Shown in pieces: positions 35,768 through 49,100 of a stretch of DNA of 64,000 nt (its first letter is position 1; each line of letters begins with the position of its first letter). Under the pieces are notes generated by a model. It was not told the origin of the DNA, did not search any database, and was given only the letters and a program-made list of their open reading frames with translations. A program made the position numbers and the translations under genes. The DNA comes from Escherichia phage EK8, in sequence record PQ805430.1. One strand, 5' to 3'.

Positions 35768-38554
35768 GTGAGGTTCCCGATGGGATTATTCGGCAGTAAG
35801 AAAAAGACCTACCGTGACCTGTCGTATTCCCGGCTTATCGAAGATGACTATCTGCCGGATGTTATCGGCCAGGCCATTACCACCTATGTACTTGACGAAG
35901 ACAACACGTCCAGCCTTGCTGACCTGATGATTGAGTATGGGTGGAAAAGTAACGCAGTTAAATGGAATGCTGCTTATCGCTGGGCAAGTAAACCAGGTAA
36001 GTATGCTTATGGCGTGCCATCGGCATCCATCGTAAACCAGACGGATTTTACCGGGGCTGCATCCCTCAATGAGGTATTGGAGTCACTGACCGGGCAGACC
36101 AATCTGAATTACATCTACAGCAAATTCGGCTCCATCAACATGCGTCATGCCATGTGGCAGTTGCTGATTAGCCAGTATTCCTATAACCCAACTACCAACC
36201 AGCTTAACGGGCTGAATGCTTCGTTGGGGGCTACGGCATATCTGTACTCAGCCAAATCATTCTTCAATGCACAAGTCTGGTTACTGGCAGATCCGTTTAC
36301 TCTGGAACACTGGGGCTTCTCCCCGGAATCCGGTGCAACGCAGAACCGTGCTCAGAACCTGGCCGCTGCTGATGTGCCCGATGGTACTGCCATTGGCCAA
36401 GAGAACTATACCCGTGTGGAATACACCTTCCGCTTCACTGGTTTGACCAAGACTGACGTTGTGACGACCACGGAAGTAGAGACTACCGTTCGTACACCGA
36501 ATGAATCTGGTGGCTACGACAATGAGACTACGACCACCAGCAGTGATTCTACAACCTCGACGACGGATAATAACGGGCAGACTCTGCCTCCAGCATCCAA
36601 CATCATAAGCCAGGATAAGACAGTAACGGATACCACTACCAATACTGAAACTGACGATCCTACCACCACCACGACTACTGACCCGGATACCGGCGTCATT
36701 ACCATTGTGAAGACTACCGTTAGCCGTAAGACTACGGTTACGACTTCCAGCAATGATGTGGTGGCATTTTTCAATATGGGCTTCGGCCAGTACGATTATT
36801 CTTCTGATCTGTTCGTCGATACCACAACGGTACTGGACGACAACGATATGAATAACTATGACCCGAATGCTGTACTGGATCCGTCCGGGGAAAGTGTGGG
36901 TGGGGATGATGACTATTTCCAGGTGCTGTATACCTATGCCGTGGGTGATACTACACACATCGGTTATTTCACCTATCAGTATGGTTCCGGTAACTATCCA
37001 GACCTGGATGGCATCTCTGATACTACAGTAACGGATTTTGGTAAGTCATACCCTCGAATGTATTTCCGACTGAATGGCAACAAGTTATCCGATTCACGTT
37101 ATGTGGATACGGCTGCTTATAAGACCTCCATCAAGTTCGGCAAGAAACTTGATATGGACTGGCTTGAGATCTTGGGCAAGATTTATGACAGTCTCAGTTC
37201 TTTGAAAAAAATTCGTGACGTACTGATGATCCAGTGTGTTCCGGCCAATACCAGTAACAAACTGGAGCAGGAATATCTGTTCCGTTATTTCAAAACGCTA
37301 TATGGCATCCGACCTGTTATAACCGATTCGAATATCGGTACAACGACCGTAATGGGTGACGGTGGGGGTAGTTCTACCCGTCCAACCACTGATTACGATA
37401 CGTATGCTGCTCATGCCGGTACGACTATGAAGTCCACTGATGGGACGATTAACGTCTACAACTCAATGGATGCTATCGGCTGGCGAAGCATTACAGGAAC
37501 GATTGGCCCGGTCGGTTCAGTGGCCTCCGGGCGGGGTACTGGTACTAAGCTCGTAATTTACAAGCGTACTACCAGTGACGACCGAGGTAAGACCTCAACC
37601 CAGACGACATATGGCACGGCAAACACCAGCTACCACTACTACCGTATGCAGGTTTCTGCCACGGTATACGAGGAAGTCCGGGTGTATGAGTTAAGTCATA
37701 AAGTCGATGTAGGTGGTAAAGGGGTAGGGCGATCCGGTGACAGTGATGAACTGATGGTTCCACTGGATTACGCCTTCCGTAAAGAGTTCTCCCCACATGA
37801 GCGTGAAACCCTCTATGCACGGGCAACCCACATTCTGATCTGTACGGAATACACGGTTAAAACCAAATGGTATCAATCGGGTATTTTCAAAGCAGTAGTT
37901 GTGGTGATTGCTGTTGTGCTGTCCTGGTGGACAGGAGGTGCGTCTCTTACGCTCATCGGTGCGGTTACTGCTGCTGCTACAGCGATAGGGGCTATGATAG
38001 TTATGTCCCTGCTCAGCAAATATGTGTTCAGTAAGCTGGGTGGGGTATTTGCTATTATCGCTACCGTGGTAGCTATAGCTGTTGCTATATACACTGGTTA
38101 TCTATATCTGACTAGCACAACAGGGCCGTTCAGTGTTACAGCCACTCAAATGATGCAGGTAAGTAATGTTGCATTCCAAGCGGCTCAGTCTGCTCAGCAA
38201 GGTGCTATCGCCAAAGAAATGCAGAAAATTGCTACGCTGGAAGAAGAGATCGCCGATAAGCAAGAAGCGTTGAAAGTAGCCCAGAAGGAACTAACTAATC
38301 CTTACAATACCATCGAAGATGGTGTGTTTCTTAAAGCGCTTCAAGGTTACGCTTACCTGGGAGAGAAACCGCAGGAATACTATGCTCGTACCCTAAATAC
38401 TAACATTGGTGCTGAAACAAATAACCTGGTTGAAATGTATTACAGCCAATCTATCCAGCTTCCTTCGGATGTGGCTATTAACCAGCTTATACTGCAAAAT
38501 ATACAAAGACCGTTCGAACTCTTCAATGAGTTAAGCAATCTTATTAACCAATAG
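35768..38554 (+). CDS. large virion protein with Thr-rich tract and C-terminal transmembrane helices (928 aa)
   Basis: poly-Thr region and hydrophobic helices AVVVVIAVVLSWW / IIATVVAIAVAIY. Confidence 0.5.
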   Translation: MRFPMGLFGSKKKTYRDLSYSRLIEDDYLPDVIGQAITTYVLDEDNTSSLADLMIEYGWKSNAVKWNAAYRWASKPGKYAYGVPSASIVNQTDFTGAASLNEVLESLTGQTNLNYIYSKFGSINMRHAMWQLLISQYSYNPTTNQLNGLNASLGATAYLYSAKSFFNAQVWLLADPFTLEHWGFSPESGATQNRAQNLAAADVPDGTAIGQENYTRVEYTFRFTGLTKTDVVTTTEVETTVRTPNESGGYDNETTTTSSDSTTSTTDNNGQTLPPASNIISQDKTVTDTTTNTETDDPTTTTTTDPDTGVITIVKTTVSRKTTVTTSSNDVVAFFNMGFGQYDYSSDLFVDTTTVLDDNDMNNYDPNAVLDPSGESVGGDDDYFQVLYTYAVGDTTHIGYFTYQYGSGNYPDLDGISDTTVTDFGKSYPRMYFRLNGNKLSDSRYVDTAAYKTSIKFGKKLDMDWLEILGKIYDSLSSLKKIRDVLMIQCVPANTSNKLEQEYLFRYFKTLYGIRPVITDSNIGTTTVMGDGGGSSTRPTTDYDTYAAHAGTTMKSTDGTINVYNSMDAIGWRSITGTIGPVGSVASGRGTGTKLVIYKRTTSDDRGKTSTQTTYGTANTSYHYYRMQVSATVYEEVRVYELSHKVDVGGKGVGRSGDSDELMVPLDYAFRKEFSPHERETLYARATHILICTEYTVKTKWYQSGIFKAVVVVIAVVLSWWTGGASLTLIGAVTAAATAIGAMIVMSLLSKYVFSKLGGVFAIIATVVAIAVAIYTGYLYLTSTTGPFSVTATQMMQVSNVAFQAAQSAQQGAIAKEMQKIATLEEEIADKQEALKVAQKELTNPYNTIEDGVFLKALQGYAYLGEKPQEYYARTLNTNIGAETNNLVEMYYSQSIQLPSDVAINQLILQNIQRPFELFNELSNLINQ

Positions 38555-38562
38555 GAGGATTC

Positions 38563-38976
38563 ATGGGTGAATTAACTTCTCTCATCCAGAACCTGTTTGG
38601 TGGGGGTACTCAGGCAGACACGGTGCCTATTACTCCTAATATGGCAGGGGCAAGTATCAGCTCTAATGCCTCACCGAATGCGTTCAATACCCCGACTATT
38701 ACTGACACCCTCAGTAATGGTATGTCTGGTTTGCAGATCGGCCAGCTTGGACTGGGTGCTGCTAATGGCCTGCTCAATGGTTATCTTGGTTTCCAGAACC
38801 TCAGACTTGCTAAAAGCCAGGCACGTCAAGCTCAACAGAACTGGGATAAACAGTGGTCTGCCAATGTGAAGAACACTAATGCTGCGCTGTCTGACCGACA
38901 GGCTGCTCGTGTCGCTTCTAACCCTAATGCGTATGAGTCCGTGGACTCCTACATGAAAAAATACGGGATCAGCTAA
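38563..38976 (+). CDS. hypothetical virion-module protein (137 aa)
   Basis: ORF in late block. Confidence 0.5.
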   Translation: MGELTSLIQNLFGGGTQADTVPITPNMAGASISSNASPNAFNTPTITDTLSNGMSGLQIGQLGLGAANGLLNGYLGFQNLRLAKSQARQAQQNWDKQWSANVKNTNAALSDRQAARVASNPNAYESVDSYMKKYGIS

Positions 38977-40139
38977 TGGCAACTATTCGGACACAACAAC
39001 TGGCTCCGGTAAACTTCGGTGATTCCAATCAACTCCTGCGGGTTGCACAACAGCTCATTCAGCAGGGTGCTGGTGGCCTCGTCGATACCTTCGGACAGTT
39101 ACGTCAGAATGTTGTGGATCGAAACACTGCTAATGCGGTTAACCTGCTTACTGGTGCTCAGTCAACCGATGAGTTGGCTCAGCGTCAGGGGCAGGTTGCC
39201 CAGATTCTCCAGGCTGCAAATGGGGATATCAACAACGAAGCAGTGCAACGAGCGCAACTGACCATGCCGGATACACTGTTAGGCCGTCAGCTTAACACCA
39301 ACCGGATTACGGAGTTCAACCAACAACAACATGACCAGCCTCTGTTAAACCAGGCTATGGCTCTGTACGCTGCTGGCGATAAAGCCGGTGCTCAGCAAAT
39401 TCTGTCTGGTGTTCAGGGTGATGCTTCCAAAGCATTGACCTTTGGTGCCAGCCGGGAAGACGCTGCTGCTCAGCGTAGTCTGCAAGAACGTCAGCTTGGT
39501 ATTCAGGCTGCTGGTTTGGCATTACGTCGTCAGGCCGCTGCACAACGTGCTGCTGCTGCGGGGAATAGCAGTAAACAGTTACAGGGGATGCTTAATAAGA
39601 TCCTCGGTATCACTGGTGATGCGAATATCGCTTCTACCGAAGCTGCGGTCAAAGAAGAGAACGCTCGTTTGAAGGATGCGGAGAGTAACAACCCTCTGCT
39701 GAATCCGAACAACGACTCTACTGCGGCTGCTGCTAAGATCACCAATGACAACCGGTCTGTATTGACCAGTTTGCTTCCTAACTCCTGGCGTAGTGACCGG
39801 GGCGGTCGTCTTTTAGGACTCATTGATCAACTGGATCCTGATAAGAAGCTCACCGAAAAAGAACGCACCAACATGCTTAAGGGCATGAACGATGTGTTTG
39901 AGAACGCGAACCTTAACGAAGATCCAGATAAAGCTGCTTTAGACTGGGGTAAAAAAGCTCTGGATAACTTAGGTAAAGTTCGTACCCAGCGATTGCAAAA
40001 TACTCAATCTCAGATTGATCAGAAGAAGGCTACCCGACTCGCTCAAATGCAGGTATTATTACAAAGCATGTTAGCGAACGGTAATGGTCAACTCGACCCA
40101 ATGGCCCTTCAACTGCTCAATCAAGATTATGAGGAATAG
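38976..40139 (+). CDS. Gln/Ala-rich hypothetical virion protein (387 aa)
   Basis: ORF directly upstream of vRNAP. Confidence 0.5.
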   Translation: MATIRTQQLAPVNFGDSNQLLRVAQQLIQQGAGGLVDTFGQLRQNVVDRNTANAVNLLTGAQSTDELAQRQGQVAQILQAANGDINNEAVQRAQLTMPDTLLGRQLNTNRITEFNQQQHDQPLLNQAMALYAAGDKAGAQQILSGVQGDASKALTFGASREDAAAQRSLQERQLGIQAAGLALRRQAAAQRAAAAGNSSKQLQGMLNKILGITGDANIASTEAAVKEENARLKDAESNNPLLNPNNDSTAAAAKITNDNRSVLTSLLPNSWRSDRGGRLLGLIDQLDPDKKLTEKERTNMLKGMNDVFENANLNEDPDKAALDWGKKALDNLGKVRTQRLQNTQSQIDQKKATRLAQMQVLLQSMLANGNGQLDPMALQLLNQDYEE

Positions 40140-40141
40140 CA

Positions 40142-43100
40142 ATGGCAGACTCTCTGTTGTCCCAGGCTCTTAATGCTTTAAGCAACGGCGAGTTCACCAA
40201 TCCTACCGAAGCTGTTTCCGTTCCGCAGGCTGCTCCCCAGCAGCCTGTCTCCAAAGATTCTCAAGTCCTTGACGCCACCCAACGTATTAATACTGGCTTT
40301 GCTGCTAAGGGCATCTATCCGTCTATCTCTGGTGAAATCGAACGTTTAAATCAGCAAAAAGCAGGACGTGAACAAGTCGTTCAAGCATACGAAGAAGATA
40401 TGCAACGTCTGGTTCCAACCAACGCTTTAGAGTCTGGTTCCCCGGTAATTCGCACCGGTGCCCAGATTACCAACGCAATGGCTGGTTTCGGCAGTTCAAT
40501 TGCACGTATCGCTCTCCAGGTGAAAAACCTTAACAATCTCGGTGCTGTAGCTGCCGGGATGGACGGTGCCACCGATGAAGAAAAACTCGCCTTTAACCGT
40601 GAAGCCACTCAACGTGGTGCTGAGGCTGCTGCACTGGTAGGCAATAATGCCCGTCGTGTTCAGGATATCCTCGGCGGTGTTCCGGGTGCGTCTGCTAAGG
40701 CGATTGCCGAAGCATCTGAAATCCCGAATCAGCTTAAGGCTTACCCTTCTGATACCAACCTGCTTGACCGTGAGATTCCTCGTGGTGCAGCAAAAATTCC
40801 TTCTGCAACTCAGGACGATTCTCTTCTGGGTTCGGTAGGTCAATACTTCAATAACCTGAATGATCGACTTGTCGGATCGGTAAATGGCATGACTGGTGAA
40901 GACCAGACCGGCCAGACTGAATCTGTACGTGACCGACTGCAACGTGCTCAGACTGCCCTTACCCAAACTCAGAAATCCCTGGGTAACACTGCACAAGGCG
41001 TCGATAACGAATGGGGAACGGACTCCTGGGTTAACCGTGAACAAACTCAACGTATGGCTCAGCAACTGGAAGAAGAGAATAAAGATCTCTCCATCCCTGG
41101 TGCTATTGCTAACACTGTTGGGGAATATCTGGCTAACCCTTCACTGGTTATCCAATCTGCCGCAGAGTCCTTACCTTACGCACTTGGTCGTGTCGGTATC
41201 ATTGCCGGTACTACCGGTCAGGCGGTACAAAACCAGACTGATGGTTACCGTGGTCAGGCAGATGGACAGCTTCCTACTGATGAGCAAATCAGTGATGTAA
41301 CCCGACTCAATGCGTTGCATTCTGGTTTGAACTTTGTGGAGAACGTAGTCAATGCACGCGCTCTTACCGGTCTTAGCAATGCTGCTATCACTGCTCCACT
41401 TCGCCGTGGTGGTGAAGCACTGGCTGATACTGCCCTCGGACGAGCGATTACCAACGCTGTCGCTCGGAATGGCGTATCTCGTGCTGCTCTGGCAGCAGGG
41501 CGAGCAATTACTCCCGAACCTGTTAGGGAACTTGGCCTGACTATGGCCATTAACGGTCTGACCGAAGCTGCACAAAATCAGATCGAAACTCGCAACCTGC
41601 TCGGTGATGATCGCTGGGATACCGAAGGCAACATCAATGCTGGTGTGCTTGGTGCCCTGTCTGCTGGTGTAATGACTGGCCCATCTACTCTGGCGGCTGG
41701 TGCCGGTGCCGTAGGTGAGCGTATTGCCCGTGCTGCTCAGGAACGTCGTGACGCTGCTAACCCACAAGCTGCCGAAGCTCGTCGTGCTGCACAAGACGCT
41801 GCTAAGCCGTTTGAAGATCTGACCAACCCGGAACATGCGGATTACAACCCGCAGGCTGCTATTCGCCAACAGACCAACGTGTTTGCTGATGAATCAACTA
41901 CTCCTGAAGTACGTCAGGCTGCTATCGACCGTGCTCAGTCCGTCCGTGATTCTGCCGAACAGAACCTGGCTTCGGTTACTGATGAAGTACGCCAAATCCA
42001 GAAAGATATGGCTACCCGTCAGGAAATCGAACGTCGTCTGGAAGATATCCAGACCAACCCGGATTCTGAGTACAAAGGTAGCGAAGCTCAACTGACCACT
42101 ATCCGTGACCAGATTGATGAGCGTATGCCGGATGAAGCTGCTCAACAGGATCTGGTTTCCCGCTTCCAGGCTGCAAACGAAAACGTTGAACGTGTGCGTA
42201 GTGCCTACGATCAGTTTGAGAATGCTGCTGGTCTGCGTGAACGTCAGGCTCCAGAAGAAGCTCAGGCTCAGATGGATACTGCTACCAATCCTGATGCAAC
42301 TCAGGAACAGGTTGATACGGCTGCTGACCATGTGGTTACGCACCCTATGCAGTACACCCCGGAACAACTCCGTACTCTGGCCGATGATACGACCAACCGT
42401 TTCAGCGACACTCAGCGTGAAGCGATTCGTAAACTGGCTGATGCCCGTGTTGCCCAGAACAACCTGAAAGATGATCTGCGTGTAAACCAGGATATTATGC
42501 AGGGTGGTAAGGGCTACCGTTCCCTGGGTGAATACACCTCTGCTTATGCTGCTGCTATCCGTTCCGGTGATAAGACTATGGCTACCAACCTGCGTGAGCA
42601 GTTAGGTCGCTTCCAGGCTTCTCATGAACAGAAAGCTGCCGTTGCTCAGCAAATGATGGACTCTGGTAACTACGGCCAGCTTATCCGTCAGAACAGTCAG
42701 TGGGTGGCTAACGAAGGTAAGAAACTTCGTGGTAAAGATAAGACCCGTAACGGTGCTCTGGATATTCATTCTGGCTCCGGTCGTCTGGTTGCTCGTCTTC
42801 AAGAAGAAGCCGAAGCAATCCGTGCAACTTCCGCTGCCCTGGATGCAATGTCTCAGGCTCGTCCGGCTGCTCCCGCTACCGCTCCGCAGCCGTCCTCCCC
42901 TGCACCAGCGAACGACGCAACCACAACGGTGGAGGCGAAGCCGGAACCGGCAGTGGTGGAGTCGGAAGCGACTGTTACCAAATCATCCCTCTCTCACTAT
43001 GCCAATGACGGCGTACTGACTCAGGATGCTGATGGTGATATGGCTCTGCGTCTGGATCAGTTCTCTCCGGCTGAACAACAGTTCCTGCGTGACAACAATA

Positions 43101-46100
43101 TGGTTGATGCTCAGAACATGGTTAAAGCTGCTTTCTTACGCCGTGCTGAACCGCGTAAAGATGACGCCCATAAACCACGTACTCTGAACCAGCAAGACCG
43201 CATTGCCCCGGCAGAACAACAGACTCAGCAAGAGCAGGTACAGGCTCAGGATACCAATGAGAATGACCCTACTCCGGCCAGCACTGTAGAAACCGACACC
43301 AACGTAACTACCGATCAGACTACGGCAACGAAGACTGACGAGAACACGAAGGCAGACGGTGCTACCCGTGTCCTACGTCCAGAAGGTAAATCTCTGGAGA
43401 CTGCCCGTACCGAAGAACGAGCTAAGCCATTCTCAGAACAGAACCTTGTTCTCACTGGTTTCGTTCAGCGTGTCCGTGAAGGTTTCGTTAACCCACTGGT
43501 TACCGTTGAAAACTTCATGTCCAGCGTTATGGATAAAGCTGACTGGTCTGGTCGCTTCACCGAAGTGAACCGTTACCTTGCTCAGCCGATGAACGCTGCC
43601 CAGAAGAATCTGGTCGGTATGTTCACCAAATTCCATAAAGCAGTGGAAGGTGATATCGATCCTGCTATTAAACAGAAGATCGGTAAAACCCGTGGTGGTC
43701 TGGATCGCTCTGCTTATAACTACCAGGATTTTGTCCAGTTTCTTACCACTGACGGTAAACTGGATGAAAACACGAAGACGGCCCTGACCGCCTCTATGTT
43801 CACCTGGCTTGCAGAGAACGGTAACAAGCTCATCGCCACTCGTGACGATATGGCTGGCCTGTTCCATATGGATAAAGGTGAAGTACCGGTAGAGATCCAT
43901 AATCGCTTCTCTGAGATCGGTTCTTCTCAGCGTGCTGTTATCCAGTCCCTTGGCCAACGTGCTTACCAGATGCTGGGCTTCAAGGTACTGAAAGACGTTG
44001 ACCCTAACCGTGCTGGACGTATGCAGCAAGCTCTCGGCATGTACGCAATGCACGTTATGATGAAACGTGGCTACCTGGAGCAGACAACTATGACTGCTCG
44101 TGAGTACGCCGACGTTATCACTACTGGTTTGGATCCTGAAGCTGCTCAGGCTAAACGTGCAGAGTTTGCTCGTGACTTCCTGAATGGTGAGTCCATCGAT
44201 AAAGCGAAAGAGACATTCAACTTTGTTCGTGTACCACGTAAAGAAGTAAACGGTAAACTCGTACCGGCAGATAACATTGCCCGTATCGTTGAAGCCAACA
44301 AAGGGACTTCCGGGGTTATGAGCAAGCTGTTTAGCTTTGACTCATCCCAGACTTTCCCGTTGACTAAGAAGCCAGGTAAATTCATTCAGAATACCGTAGG
44401 TGACTTTGGTCAGCAGGTTCCTTCTGAATTGGCAGAACGTCTGACTAAAGCCCAGCAACAACCGTACCGGATCAATGAGTCCCTGGTTAACGCCATGAAC
44501 ACGATCCGCAATGTGGATGAAGCTGCATTGCTGCACATGATGGGTGTTCGTACTGAGACAGAAACTCCGTTCATGCACGCTCGTGACCGTATCGGGCAGC
44601 AGGCCAAAAACGACGATATCATTCGTGCTCTGGCTAATGCTGATGAGGTAATGGGTACTCTGGATTCCATCGACCAGCAGATCTATATGCCGCTGGCAGT
44701 ATGGAGTAACAACCGTGTCGGCGTAGCGTCCAACATGCTCAACCCGCAGGGGAACAAAGTTCACCGTGCAATGGTAGGCATGGAAGCACACCGTGTTGAT
44801 ATCCCGGTAAACCAGGCACCAATCGACGCCAACGGTAACATCACTGAGTACGGCCAGTTCTTACTGACTGTGGCTCAGGGTATGGAAGAGGCGCCGATCA
44901 AGAAACCAGGCACTACTGATAAGATGCCTACGGTTGATAAAGTGACTGGTGGTACTTATCTGCAAGGTATGCAGGAATACCTGAAAAGTGACAGCGTTCG
45001 TGCTGGCATTAAAGCCATGCAGAATATCGTTGAGGGTAACTCCACTCCGCGTGATATCGAAACCGTTAAGCAAACCGTTGCCGAATTTGGCATGGGGCCA
45101 CACTCCTTCCAGTCACTCCATGCACTGGCTCTGGTTAACCAGGCTCGTGAACAGGGTGCTGAAAAAGTGCAGGTTGCTATCGGTGGCGAATCAGATGGTG
45201 TCACCAACGGGCCGATCCTTACCAATGTGCTCTATGGTACGGCAGACACTGACCTTCTCGCTCGTGGTGGCCTTTACACTGCTGACGCTGGTGTTACCAA
45301 CGTACCGCAGTACCGCGAACAAGGTGGGCAGGACTACTACCAGTTATTGGGGACAGCTCAGAAGGAAGCATGGGATGCCATGTATCCTCCGACGACTGGC
45401 CGGGTAACGGATCAGAACCAGAAGTTCCGTCGTGCAATTGATTACTTATCTCCTGGTTTCGGCTCTCGTTCGAAAGCCAAAGTACAGGCTACCCCATTCA
45501 ACTACGGTTCCGGTATGGACTCGCTCAAGCGAGCAAGTGCCAGAGACACCATTGATAGTGTCTACGGTCATATCACTGATATTGCCGAAGCCTATAGCCG
45601 TTCCAAAGTTGAGGGTGATTTTGCTCGCCATAAACTGGAGAAAGCAATCGAGATCGTACTGGCCCAGGGCAAGACGCTAGGGATTAAAGTTCCCGCATTT
45701 TCCGGCCTGGGTAAAACGGAATCACTGTTAACCACCGAATTGCCACGTCCAATTGTGGACGCGATTATGCAGATCGATATGGCTATCCGTGGTGAAGCAT
45801 CCGAGACTGCGATTGAGCGTGTTGCTGCTCACTACATCAAAACCCGTGACACTAACACTGCGATTACTAATGCAGCGTTTGAAGTGGGCAAAGTTGTACG
45901 TGACCGTGCAGAGGCTCTGGCTCTGGAACAGGCAGTTAAAGACGGGCAAGTAGGTTCCATCAACGATATCGCCGTAGAAGGCTTATCGACTGATGCAAAA
46001 GCTAACCTGTCTGAACAACTGCGTGAAGCCAGTGCTATCGTCCCTACCGCTACCGGATCCCTTTCCAAAAATAAACTGGAATCAGGTTACGTGGCTGCTA

Positions 46101-49100
46101 AGGTCGGTACTACCTTCAAAACCAATGACCCAACCACCGAGGTATATGCCTCGTTCCGTGAGGGTGCTAACCCTACTGGTACTGGCTTAACCAACACCAA
46201 ACCGACGACCTTTAAGGACGTAAGATCTGGCGCTCAGGTTAAAGAACAGATCGCTCCGGGTGTGTCTACAAGTGCATTGGTTGTGCAGGGTACTGATGCT
46301 GCAATCTCAACTCGTGTTATCGCTGAGCGTCCGGCTCAGAACTTCCATGATGCGAACCTGTTCGCTATTACGGATATGATTGAAGGTGCCAAAGCGCAGA
46401 ACAAAGCCATGTGGGATACAGTGGTCGGTTATGACTCTCAGTTAGCGAATACCGAAGCATTAATCCGCACCCTAGAAGGTGTTACCCAACAAGACGGATT
46501 AACGTCACTGGATTGGATTAATATTGCCGGGTCTTTGCAACAACTGGCTTTCAAGGCTGAACTAATTGGATCCCCTAAAGAGTCCGTATCGGCGGTAGCC
46601 GTACTTGGACGGGTAGTCGGTGATGCTTATAACCGTGAGATTGCCAAGCTCAACACACTCAACGAAGTTGAGTATGTAAACCAGTATGGTTATGAGGGTG
46701 GTGAATACCAGGTTACTGCTGCCGACCGTAAAGCTCTGGCTGACAAAATTGACTCTCTACGCATATCACGGGATAAAGCGGTTGATAAGGCAATGACTCT
46801 TGGCGGTGAACTAAATACCCTGCTACAGCAAGGTACAACCACATCCAAGCGTAAAGCCGATGCTGTTAATGCTGCTCAACGCCGTCAGGCTATTGAACAA
46901 GCTGCTGCTGATAGCGTACCGGTTACCCGTGATGCCAAAGGCAAGAACGCTCTTGAGCGTTTCCTGACTGAAAGCAAAGACGGCACCGTTAATGCTAAAG
47001 ACCTGATGAACTTTACCGTTAAGTCCCTGGCTTCCGGTCGTACTGATGGTTCAGCACTGCAAAGCCGTATGCGTACCACTTACAGCGAACTTGCTAAAGT
47101 GCTCGCAGCGACTCTGCCGGAAAACCTGACCGTTAATATCCTGTCTGCTCAACATAATCCAAAAGGGGTTATGGGTGCTGAGCAGAACGTTAACTCACGA
47201 GCATGGTTTTATAGTGACGGTAAGGTAAACCAGATCAACATCAAGATGGATGGCCCGGAAGCACCGGGGCTGGAAGTTGTGCTGCATGAAATGCTTCACG
47301 CTGCCACTGCCCGTGCTCTGGATGCTGCTCGCCGTGATCCTAAAGCTAACCCGGCTCTGACCGAAATCGTTGGCCGACTGGAATCACTGCGTAGCGAGAT
47401 CGAACAGTCCGTACAGAGTATGCCTCAGTTTGCACCGGCAGTCCGTAACGTGGACGAGTTAATCTCGTGGGGTATGACTAATCCGGCATTTCAGCAACAT
47501 CTTGATGGTTTGCAGTCCTCCATGTACCCACGTCAACGCGAAGGTGTACGTGGTCGTCTGGGTTCCATGTTTAAACAGTTTGCCAACACTGTGCTGCGTG
47601 CGGTCTACGCCTTTACTGGTCGTAAGCCTTCCGCTAAACAGATGACGGCAATGGAAGCCCTAATTCTGGATACTGCTGACGTACTCCAGACTGCCACGGT
47701 TAATCCGGGCAATGCTGGTAACGTTAATCTGGCAATGGCCTCATCTACCCGTGCAGCACAAACTGCCGGACAGTACACCCATCGCCAGATATTCGATGCT
47801 CTGTCGTCCTCGACTGCTGGTAAGCGGAACACTTCTGCCTTTACCGGAAATCTGGGTAAGATCATCGAAAATGTATCGGATAAACTGTTTAGTCAAATTG
47901 GTGGTGATCACCTGACCAACCTTCCGGCAGGTCACGGTTATACACCGGGCCAGGTATGGGCGAATGCTCTTACCGGGGGCAAGGCACCGTTCACTACCAA
48001 AGCATTGGCTGCTGGTTTCCACATGACTGACCAGGAAGCATTCGCTATCGAGTCCATTGAGACTGCGGTTGCTGCTGCTCTGGATTCTGGTTTCGGTACT
48101 GCTGTGAACCGTGAGATCCGTAAATCCTGGGAAGCTGCCCGTAAGCAGGTAACCCCGGAACAGTTCCATAACGGTAACTGGAATACGGCTACCCCGGCAG
48201 AGAAAGCTGCTGCACAAGCAAAGTGGGATCACCTGTTCAAACTGGAAGCCAGCCAGAACGGTAAGAACCGCTACCTCGCACAGTTTGTGGCAATGACTCT
48301 GGGTCATGAAGAAACCAGTAAACTGATGGGCTTCACCAATGAAGTTGCCGATGCTAACGCTCCGGTCACTCCGTTCGAGAAAGCTGCTGCCTTCTTTAAC
48401 CATTCGGTTAACTGGGCATCGGGTTACCTGACTCGCACCAACAATGGCCAACTGGTAAACCAGAAGGCTCAGGCACTGGCTCAACAGTTGATTGAAATCG
48501 ACTTGAAGAACCGTGACAAATCCGTTGATGCACTTGAGAAAGCGTTTATCTACGTCAGCGATCTGGGTGAGAAAGCTGGTAATAAAATCTGGGATGCTGC
48601 TCATGCAACTGCTGATGCGAAACTGATTCGTGAGAACCCTCTCGGTATCGTTCGTATGGCCGGGTCTATTACCCGTCTGGCTGCTAAGCGTAATCTGGAT
48701 GTGCTGAGCGATACCATTCGTCAGGTACGTGATATGAATAACCCGAATACCGCTGATGGTTGGGCTGCTCAAATCCTGTCTGATATCGCTAACCCGGATA
48801 AAGTACGTAGTGCGTTCGAATCGCTGCAACGACACACGAACCTCATTGAACAACGTCGCCGTAATTTCGCAGAAATTACTCGTGGCAACGTGATGGGAGC
48901 GTTCGAAAATAACGGTGAGTATCTGACCAACGAAGATAAAACTGCGTTGTCTTATACCCTGCTGCGAACCGAAGCACACTCACTGCTCAATACCCGCTCC
49001 CTGGATGACGTTCAGCAACTGGTTTCCAGCAAAGCTAAACGTAATGCAGAGATTCGTAATCTGGAGCAAATCGTATTGGCAGATCCGAATGGTAATGATA

